A stretch of 52,443 bases of DNA from a virus (taxonomy: Duplodnaviria; Caudoviricetes). Under the pieces are notes generated by a model. It was given only the letters and a program-made list of their open reading frames with translations, made no database searches and had not been told where the DNA came from. Where the stretch lies: the IMG/VR virus record IMGVR_UViG_3300039037_000119, positions 1 to 52,443 of that record; one strand, given 5' to 3'. Positions 34,905 to 45,000 of the stretch are shown one piece after another. The translations under genes were made by a program, and so were the position numbers. The stretch's first letter is position 1, and each line of letters begins with the position of its first letter.

Positions 34905-37900
34905 GCCCCATATAGGTCTCTTCTTTAACTAGTGCTGGTGTAGTGATATTAGTAATTATCTCTACAGGATTGGAGTTAGTAAATACATTAGTAAAGGAGA
35001 AATCCCCATCTGTTCCAAACCCTTTAGTTAAGAATGCTTGATCTTGTATATTATCAAGGTCTATAGCTAATACTGCTAATGCTAGTACTGCAGAACTTCT
35101 GATAGGATGTTGTAGTGCAGTAGTAGCAATTACTCGTTGAACCCTTTTCACATACTTAGTGAACATCAACACACCAATCCTATTTAAGTACTCTTCAAAC
35201 CTACCGTTAGGTTTATTGTAGTTAATAAACGAGTCTAACAAATGGTTTATCCTATACTCCTTAGACTTCTCTAAAAACTCATCCCTTAAAGCACCTGTTA
35301 TCTTTACAGGTTTATCGGATTTAATACCTATAGCTTCTCTTAACGCTTTAGGTACAACCCTCTTACCATCCATCATAGCTGTCTCAGCTCTCTTCATCTT
35401 CTTATTCTGCACATCTCTAGCAATCAAATCAGACAACTGTAATATTTCCTGGTTAAATCTATACCATCCAGTCTCTTTACTTAAATACGCCCATTGTAGT
35501 CCTTTACGTACTGCTACAGGACTTTTCTGTAAGACCTTATCCATTTTATCAGATAACGTATTAGAATCCCCTAAAACATCCGTATTTACATCTTCAACCA
35601 CAGACTGAAACAACCCTGCTTCAAATAATTCATGTACAGAGTTCTCTTCCAATTCCTTATTTAAGACTTTCAATCTAGCCTTTTTCTTTTTAATATCTGT
35701 AAGCACACTACTCTTATCGGTAGCATTACTCCTAAGAACACTTTCCAGCTTACTTATTTCAATACCTAACCTATGTATTTCCCTATAACCATCTAGGTAT
35801 GCCTTAGCACTCTGGTAACTCTCCTTATGCATTTGCAATAATTCAATAGGGCCTGCTCCTCCAGTAGTAAGTAAGTACAAGAAGTTACTTACAATATTAC
35901 TTACCAGTATAGCTGGCATTTTCAGTAATATATTACCTTTAGCAATCTTAACCAATTCAATCCAAAACCCTTCCACCATATTAACTAGTTGTGTCAATAC
36001 TTTAGGTAGCACTTTTCTTAGCTTTTCTGTTAGCATCATATGCTTATACCCAAACAACATCGGTACCAGTGAAGCTGGCACTGCCATTGTCTGATCCGCT
36101 CTATGGTTAATGAACTCTTGAAAACTCTTAGGCAGCATATAATAAAGCTCTTTCATCTCTTCGTTTTCGCTTTCAGGTCCAATCAAAACAAACTCTTCAC
36201 CATCTTTCCCTACCGGTCCGAATTCCCAATTCTCTTTCATAGTTTTCTTGATCATATCAAGTACTTTTTCGTTATGTTCTTCTCGTACTTCTTTATCAAT
36301 TATACTTCCCATTGACCTAGATAAAATAGTTATTACATCTGTTTCCTGCCCCAACAACTTTTCTTTCTGCTCTTTACTCATCATATACCTATAGTTAACT
36401 ACTTTCCCTGTAGCATCCTTTATCGGCATCATCCCCATACCAATTTCACTATAATCTATATCTTCGCCTTTACTCATCTTTATACGAATCTTCTCCGCTT
36501 CAAGGTCAATTCTGGCTTTATCTCTTTTAAACAGCTTCCCACCTAGTTCTGGATCCTCTAAGTACTTTATCTCCCTTAGGTCTGTACCTCTAGCAGCCAA
36601 ACTACTTAAATTCGTAGCTCCTCTAAACCTTTCCGCTTTCGAGAACGAGTTCGTTACAAACATCCCTACAGGTTTCTTACGGATCTCTCCATTCTTGGCT
36701 GGTACTTCTCCTTTAAACTCATACCCTGCAGATTCCATTTCTGCTCTTTTACTCATCGGCTTATACGCAATCTCGATACCACTGTCAAAAATTTCTTTAG
36801 AATACCCATCCATCATATGAGCTTCATCACCCTTAAACAACCTAGATCTCGAATCCTTTTTAAACCCTTCGTAGACATCCATAAGATTGCTAACACCTTT
36901 CCAGTCATCTTTCATCAGGTTACTAACTAACTTCTTATCTTCCTTACTAGTATATTGTAATGCTGTTAGCACAGAAATCTCTTCTACTAAAGCCACTAGA
37001 TCCGCATCAATTTTAAATCTCTCATTAGACAAATCACCTTTAACAATACTTCTAGCATTAGTATTTAACCCAGGATGCCCCTGATGAGTAGCCATAAAAT
37101 ATCCTAGCCCTTTACTCTGCCCTACTACCCAATCATACCTATGCCCCTCACCAGCAGCATTTAACGCTCCTTTTAAGGACTTCAATGCAGTCTCACGTCT
37201 CTTTAACCTAGCCTCATCACTATCGAGTACTTTTCTGACATCCCTATTATTATACTTATGCCTAGACCCTCTAGTGTACATCAAAGCACTTAAATTAACA
37301 TCCAATACAGCTCTAGTTAGTGCTCTAGATTCTTTTTCGTTAGGTCTACGTTTAAATGCTGCTTCTAAATCCTTACCAGTTTGTACAATATTAGTGTTAC
37401 GTATCGTATCTAAATGCTCATTCTCAAGACTCAATCTTTCCGCTGCTCTAGCATGGTCTGTAGATGCTACAAAACTACTAAAAAACTCCCTAACAGTCCC
37501 TCCAGCCTTTAAAGGAATGCCCACAGTACTCCAGTTAGACATTAACAAACCTAAGTAGTTTCTATACTTCCTATTAACCATAGCTTTTATAAGAACTTCA
37601 GCAGCAAACTTCATACCAGTAACAAAATCATCTGATTGAGGTACTTTAATCTTATCTTCTACAGTAAAATACTTATCTTGAAACTCTTCAGCCCAATCAG
37701 CAAACTTACCTTCAGTATTATCAATAGCATTATAGAATCTACCTATTAGATTAGTTTCTTCAATATGACTGTCTGCAGTATTATTAATATCCGCCAATCT
37801 AAGACTCAATGCATGTAATTGGGCCACTGCATTATTATTACGCTCTTTAAAAGCATACTTCCCTAACACGATATCGAATAAAGTATGAACAACATTCATT

Positions 37901-39081
37901 ACCTTATCTAGGAAAGTTTTATTGTCAGTATCTTCCTTAATACTATCCATTTTAGTAAGTAACGCAATAGTTTTAGGGTGAGTCAAACCATGAGCTAAAA
38001 ATTCATCTTTAGCATTCTCACTCTCGAATATATAACTATATAACTCTTTAGCTTTAGTCTTATCAGAATCGCTTGCTTCTTCTTCCGGCATATCTAGGTA
38101 ATCCTGCCAACTAACCCTTTCGCTAGCTACCTTAAATAAATGGTTAAGTTCTCTCCTAATAGTAGGTAATTTATCACTATCGCTACGCAAAGCCCATGAA
38201 GTCATACTATGTACTACCTCATGTAAATAAACTTCAGCATTGGACTTTTCTTTAGACTTATCCTTACCTGTAACAATAACCATGTCACTTTCGTCTAGGT
38301 TGATCCAACCACCGGATTTATCCTTCGTATTCTTAATAAACAAGTCCATCTTTCTAAAGAAATGAGGATGCATACCATCTAATAAAGTCTTACCATATTC
38401 TACATATTCTTCACCGGCATTACCTTCATCAATAGTGTTCAACTCATCTAGTAATCTCTTCATCTGGTCTATATCACCATGCGTATACTCATCCCTACGC
38501 TTAGCACCTCGAGTATTCAAACTAGCTCTGTCACTAGCTATTCTAAGCTGCTTACGAATCCTTGCAATCTCCGCATTACCGTTTTCTTTAGCTTGTTCTG
38601 GGTCTAGTGTACTAGTTACCATCTCCTTAGTATTACTAGCTTTATATAGTACAGTACTCATATTAGGTACATACAGTTGCTTACCTCTATAGCTAGGTAA
38701 CGATCTATCTGTACCAGGTTTGAACTTAAAAGTATAAACTTTATCATTATCCAAATTCTTCATAGTAATTGTATATAAATTACCATTATTAATCTGTTCT
38801 ACATCCATCAGAGCAAAACGTATATTAGCCTCTTTACTAAATCCTGCATAGAACACATCAGTAAGCTCTTTCCTAACCGCAGTAAAAAGAACTTCATCCC
38901 TGTGGCTATTAAGAGCTTCTAAATCTTTAGTATCTAAAGTTCTGTAAGCACCAGTAACCTTATCCTGCAGATGACGTAAATCTACCCCATCACTGGTTAC
39001 TTCAATACCTTTATCCAACAACCCGTTAATTTTTGTTAAACTATTTTTAAGGTATTTTTTATACTCTACAGAACAACTCAT
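34897..39081 (-). CDS. Large virion/ejection protein resembling the C-terminal part of the N4-type vRNAP; contains a zincin HExxH motif
   Basis: YLHEVVHSMT..DEFLAHGLT; C-terminal FINYN..GRFEEYLNRIGVLMF recalls N4 gp50 C-termini; TAATG-coupled to the polymerase gene. Confidence 0.7.
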   Translation of the reverse strand: MSCSVEYKKYLKNSLTKINGLLDKGIEVTSDGVDLRHLQDKVTGAYRTLDTKDLEALNSHRDEVLFTAVRKELTDVFYAGFSKEANIRFALMDVEQINNGNLYTITMKNLDNDKVYTFKFKPGTDRSLPSYRGKQLYVPNMSTVLYKASNTKEMVTSTLDPEQAKENGNAEIARIRKQLRIASDRASLNTRGAKRRDEYTHGDIDQMKRLLDELNTIDEGNAGEEYVEYGKTLLDGMHPHFFRKMDLFIKNTKDKSGGWINLDESDMVIVTGKDKSKEKSNAEVYLHEVVHSMTSWALRSDSDKLPTIRRELNHLFKVASERVSWQDYLDMPEEEASDSDKTKAKELYSYIFESENAKDEFLAHGLTHPKTIALLTKMDSIKEDTDNKTFLDKVMNVVHTLFDIVLGKYAFKERNNNAVAQLHALSLRLADINNTADSHIEETNLIGRFYNAIDNTEGKFADWAEEFQDKYFTVEDKIKVPQSDDFVTGMKFAAEVLIKAMVNRKYRNYLGLLMSNWSTVGIPLKAGGTVREFFSSFVASTDHARAAERLSLENEHLDTIRNTNIVQTGKDLEAAFKRRPNEKESRALTRAVLDVNLSALMYTRGSRHKYNNRDVRKVLDSDEARLKRRETALKSLKGALNAAGEGHRYDWVVGQSKGLGYFMATHQGHPGLNTNARSIVKGDLSNERFKIDADLVALVEEISVLTALQYTSKEDKKLVSNLMKDDWKGVSNLMDVYEGFKKDSRSRLFKGDEAHMMDGYSKEIFDSGIEIAYKPMSKRAEMESAGYEFKGEVPAKNGEIRKKPVGMFVTNSFSKAERFRGATNLSSLAARGTDLREIKYLEDPELGGKLFKRDKARIDLEAEKIRIKMSKGEDIDYSEIGMGMMPIKDATGKVVNYRYMMSKEQKEKLLGQETDVITILSRSMGSIIDKEVREEHNEKVLDMIKKTMKENWEFGPVGKDGEEFVLIGPESENEEMKELYYMLPKSFQEFINHRADQTMAVPASLVPMLFGYKHMMLTEKLRKVLPKVLTQLVNMVEGFWIELVKIAKGNILLKMPAILVSNIVSNFLYLLTTGGAGPIELLQMHKESYQSAKAYLDGYREIHRLGIEISKLESVLRSNATDKSSVLTDIKKKKARLKVLNKELEENSVHELFEAGLFQSVVEDVNTDVLGDSNTLSDKMDKVLQKSPVAVRKGLQWAYLSKETGWYRFNQEILQLSDLIARDVQNKKMKRAETAMMDGKRVVPKALREAIGIKSDKPVKITGALRDEFLEKSKEYRINHLLDSFINYNKPNGRFEEYLNRIGVLMFTKYVKRVQRVIATTALQHPIRSSAVLALAVLAIDLDNIQDQAFLTKGFGTDGDFSFTNVFTNSNPVEIITNITTPALVKEETYMGLI

Positions 39082-42000
39082 TACTTACATTCCTTATATT
39101 TATCTGTTACATCACCTAATGCTGACACAAGCTCTAGTATTTCTTTACCTGGAGATGGTGGCTTCTTAGACTTCTTTTTACTCCTAGTATCAGCCATAAC
39201 TTTGTATAGGCCCCTAGTTTCAAACTCAGTCTCATAGTCACTATTAACCTCTACACCTTCTTTGTACATACCACCAGGAGTACCAACCATATTGCCATAC
39301 CAAGCAGTCTTAAGACGATCAGCCCACTCTTCTCTCTTAGCTTTAACTAGGTCAGCTTTGGTTTTAACACGTTCTTGTACCTTACCTAGTACTTCTCCAA
39401 AACCAGGTGCTTCTTTGCCTTTTTTAGTCATGCTTATAGTAGTTTTTAGACTTTTAGAAGAAATCTGATCAAGGTTTACACCATCTAGGTCAATCCTATT
39501 CATCATATTTTGTATCTCTTCTACGATAGAATAACCACTATTGACATTAAACATACCTTTATTATAGCCAAATAGAGCAGTGTTTGACTCATCTAGTGCA
39601 GTCATTATAGCATCATGGATACCTAAAATCCCGGCTTTATCGCTATCAACTTCCTTATAGAACTCTTGGAACATCAAAGCCATCTCAGCACCATCTATAA
39701 AATGGTAAGGTAATACAGAACCAGCACTCCTAGCTTCTTCCATAGAGTAGACTAACGGGTTTATAACAATACCTGTACCACCTTTAGTACCTTCTTTTTT
39801 AAGTTTAGTACGACCAGACAAAGCAGCTTGCTCTATTTGATTAGGTGTACCCAGACCTTTAGATACGACAGGTATAATATCCTTAAAATCTTTTCTCTTA
39901 CTTAGTGGTCCCATAATGTAAGGAAAGTCTGCCCAAAGCTTATCTTGTATCTTACCCATATCCTCTTGGTTAAAATACCCTTTATCTTTATAAGCTTCTT
40001 TAAGCATATTAATACGTTTACTATCGAAAATCCTAAACATAGCTTTAAAAGCATCATTAGTGACTTCTTGTATATCTAAGTATTCGGCAAACTCTTTCTC
40101 AAATACTGTCTTTACCTCTTCCCCGTAGGTATCTTTCATGACACCAGCTAACCCATTGAGCATAGTATCAGTACTATTACCGACTAATTGCATCTTAATA
40201 GCGTTAGCAGGCCTATTCCTGATAGCTTGTTGTAGCTCCTTAGGAGAAATCTTCTTCATAACAGGAGCACCAGCAGCCCCTTCTGTCCTGATACCAAACT
40301 TACGACTATTGGCTAAGTACTCCAACATCAAAGTACCTTTATCTTCAGGATCCTTTAAATCCGCTTTAGCCATGGTAGAAATCAAGTCTTTACTGATATC
40401 AATACCTAAATTCTTAATAATAGTACTAATAGCAGCACTATAGTTAAAAATCATAAAAGGATTTTTAAACATATTACGTAAAGAAGAGCTAATCTCTATA
40501 CTAGATTCATCAACAAGCGTATGTAACATATCAGAACCAGGTAGTACATCTAGTGACGCTAGTTTATTAAACATAGTCTTTTTATAAGCATTTTTCTTAG
40601 CTTCTTTTGTATTACCTTTACCTAAGGCTTCTACTCTATTAGGTAATCCAAGTAGTGTTTTCTTAGCTAGGTTTTTATAGCTATCTAAGAATCCTTCTGC
40701 TCCACCTAAGACATCATTAACAGCCCCATTAGTACCTATCTTAACCTCAAATCCTTGACTCTCTAACTTAGCTAGGTACTCTTCAGTCAATACACCAACC
40801 CTAGCTAAGTGCTCATGCATAGTAGCATCATCGAAGATAGGCATTTGTTGAACCTTGTTAGCAAAACCACTAGTTAAGGAGTCAAATTCTGCAGTAAGCC
40901 TACTGGTAACCTTACCTGTCTTAACCTGCCTCAAGAAATCAATACCATCTAATGCATGTGTAAGATGCTCTGCTTCTACTTTTACAACACCATTAGATGT
41001 TTTAATAGAAGCTTCTCCTTTGTCTAGTAGTTTAGTCTCTAGCTTATCTAGGTCTTTCTCAGTCAACCCCAATAGCTTATTACCAAATTCGATGATAGCT
41101 GGTGTAACTTCTTTATCTATACCAAAACCAAAGGCTTGTCCTAATGCCATCCTAACTAAGAAAGACACCTTCTTACCATCAGAAGTGAACACACCATCTT
41201 TATACTCATACACCCTTTCATTTGCTTTAGGCTGTATAAGAAATCTATGTAATTTATCAGTTTGAGGATTAATTGTAGTACTATCTAGCTGATAACGACC
41301 GTTATTAATATAGTAAAAAGGGAAATACAGATCTAGGTCCTTCCCATCAGCCTTTTCCGCTGTATCCCTAAGATTCTGGATAGATTCTTCTATATCACGG
41401 TTTTTACTGATCTGCATATCTTTTTCTTCAAAAGTCAAAGCTTCAAATGCACTACTCTCAGGGTCTATATACCCAAGCTGTTTAAATACTCCTTCCTTAT
41501 GGGCATCTACTTTAGCTAGGAAATCCACCACCTTACTTGTCTCGAACGTATAGGCAGTATCCATCATGTTACGTAAAGTATCTTGTGCTTCTTTAGGAGG
41601 TACAAACCCAACCTCATCGTTATGTACAGAATTGACCTGATTATTCAAAAACTTTTCACTAAAAGGTTTTAAACTAGGTCCTCTGCCTACTGTACGAACC
41701 TCTGGTAACCTATCAGCAATACCTTCAAATGTAGCCAAGGCTCTATCCACTTTCTTAACAGGTACTTCTTGTTTACTTACCTTGTCTTTCTTACTTACAA
41801 TATTGACAAAACCTACGTTAATCTTATCATTAGACACGTTATAGTCAGATGTAGTATTTTTAAGTAAATCGGCTAAGTCTTTACTAGGCTTATTTTTAAA
41901 CTCTACTAAACCTTCTGCCTCAGCTGCAAGTAAAGCTGTTTGCCCTAACTCTGCAATAAATCTTTCATATGTGTTGTAACCTAGGTCTTTAGCATTTTTC

Positions 42001-45000
42001 TTACTATAACCCAACAACTTAGCCACATTCTTACCAACACTAGTAGCTAAAGTCTTTTTCAAGCTACCGATATCCTTAACGAAGTCCATCATTTCTTTAG
42101 TGACTTCATGAGGCTGTACGTTAAACATTTGACCTATCTGTTCTACGTTTTTATAACCTTTCATTAGCTTACGTTTATCTGTACTAATAGTATCCAGTAC
42201 AGCCAGTCCCATAGCAGCGGCAACCTCAGGAGCAATACCACTGCCATCAAATATCAAAGCTCTAGCAGGAGAATCGTATAGGCCGTACTTAGCAACTCTG
42301 TCACCCTTCTTAACTAGTGTGTCGTACTCTTCTCCTACTGCCTTCTCACCCTTACCTAAAGGTTGTAGAATCTTCTCAAGAGCCTTTTTAAAACGACCGG
42401 CTACTTCTTTAACGTCTCCAGGAAGAGCTTCAACAGGTACAGAACCTAATAGAGTTTTCTTACTAAGAGTAACAAATTTACTAGGATCCACCGTAACCTG
42501 TTTAACACTGATAGGTATTTTTCTATACTTGCGTCCTTTGCTTGTATGAGGTTCTGGTTTCTGTTTTAAATACTCCGTTGCCTCCTCTTCTGAGTACGAT
42601 TCTACAGAGATGGTTTTATCTACACCTTCATCTCTCCATTTACCATTAACAAATACTTCTTTCTTAAAGGTATACTCAACTAGGTCAGGTTTATCTTTAC
42701 CTACAGCCTTCTCTTCTAGTAAACTTTTACTGACAGAGCCCATATCTATAGCCATACCTAGGTCTTTCGCTTTCTTTTCTAAAACCTCTTCAAGCTTCTT
42801 ACCTTTGAGACCCTCTTCTTCTACAGCGTCTTTCCAAAAAGCTAACAGCTCTAATACATCCTTATCAACTGTTTTACTCTTCTCAATATCTCTTTCTGCA
42901 AGAGTGGTAATACTATCAGCATCATAAACAATATCAGCCTCTTCCACTTTACCTGCATTGTACCCTTCCAAAGACTTCTTAACAGCATCTACACGCTCTT
43001 TAAGATTTCTTTCTACATAAGAATCTACCTTATCTGTATCACCTTTAAAGTACTCTTTAGCAACTTCTTTAATAGTTTTATTGTACTCAGTCCTAGAACT
43101 AGTAGAATCCCCGACAGCTAGATCAGCAGCCATCTCCACTATACTATTAAGGGCCTTGTCCTTAACAGCTTTAGCCTTCTTCTCCGTAGCTCGTTCTTTC
43201 TCTACTGCCTTTTTACGTTCAGCAAAGTCTACTACACGAGCATCTGTCTTAGGTACATAAGCATCCGTACCAGGGACATTAGTATAGCCTACCTTATCGC
43301 CAGTAAGAAATCTCCTTACACTGACACTAGCTTTATTGTTAGTCTTGTACTCCCTATCCAGAACAATAGTGGCACCAGCCTTAGCAGCTTTCAACACCTC
43401 TTTCCTAGCAGGGTTACTAGCATCGTACAAAGTAGTGATATAGAAAGTCTTATCACCCTTTTTATATGTAGTTGCCATAGCATTCAATAAAACTACATCA
43501 CTAGCTTGATATTCTTCATCTCCGTTAATAATACCTACATTAGCCTTTCTATAGTCACTATTAGCAGCCCATTTAGGTGAGGTACCTCCATCCTTCTCAT
43601 CAAGAATAACCCTAGATACACGACTAGGTACACCTACCTCATCAAGTACTTTGCTAGTCTTACTTAAATAATTTTCATCATAAGATCTAGCTTTGTCCTT
43701 ACTAGACCCTTTAGGTATGATAAAGGTATCTAAAGCAACTTTATCACCTAGATACTTATAACCTTTAGACCCTACGTCTTTCAAAATGCTTAGAATTTCG
43801 TTACTACGCTCTTTCTTCTTACTAAGACGTTTCTCTGCTTCTTTTAAATCCGGAGTCCACTTGCCACTAACATAAGATACGGCAATATCAAACCTCTTAC
43901 GATTACCTTTCCTATCCTTCTCATCTTTCAAATAGTCAGTAAGGACTAGTACACGTTTACCAGGCTTACCTAACGCATTTAACCTAGCGGCTTCTTCTTT
44001 AGCCTTCTTGATACCCTTCTCTAGATTTTTCTGGGAGTTTAAGGTAGCAGAATAAAAACTAGTCAACCTATCAAATTCTTTCTCTACAGCCTTAGTATCA
44101 GGATCGCCACTCTCTAAAGCACCCATAATCCTATTTTCAGCAGCTAGGAAACCTCTATCACCATCCCTAGCTTCTTCATCTACACTCTCATAGCTCTTAA
44201 TGATCTTACCGATACGTTCTTCACTCATACCGTTAGCTTTACCGAAAGTAGTAAGTTTTCCTACAAACTCATCAGTAATAGCTTTATCACTACCAAGAAT
44301 AGTATGCATCACTCGTTCTGCTTCTATAGCTTTATCAGGTACAGTGGCACCATCCTTCTCTAGAACTTTCTTATCCAGATTAAGATTAGGATTCTTTTCA
44401 ATCATCCCTATAACAGTATCGATAGCGGTGCTAATTTGTTTTTCAGCTTGTGCTAACAATTCTTTATTAGGACTATCAGCAACCCCCTCTCTACTATCCT
44501 GCGCCTTAGATATAAAATCCATAACAGACCCTAGATTATCCTCAGTGATACCTTCATCATTGACGGCTCTAAGACTCTTAACAGAAGATATATAATCAGC
44601 CCTAAGACTAGCTTTAATATCCTCATCTAATACAGGAGGCTCTTCTTTAGAAACTACATACTTATCCTTAATCTCAAGTCCTTTACCTAGTCCTTTCTGT
44701 ACAGCTTGTCCTACTGCACCTACACCTTCAAACTGTACAGCTCCACCAGCACCAGCTAACGCAGCAATACCAGACTCTCTTATATTGTCTTCATCACTGA
44801 CAAACTTCACAAAAGTATCTAGGTCTTGGAACTTCTCACTACCAAACTTCTCGTTGAACATCTCCATCATGGTTTGAGCGTATTCCTGACCAGCTTCTTT
44901 ACTCATATTCAAAGTACCGCCAGTAATAGTCTTACTAACACCTAAAGCAAAATCAGAAAACTCTTTATTACTTAAAGCTTTAACGGTATCTTTAGCGGCC

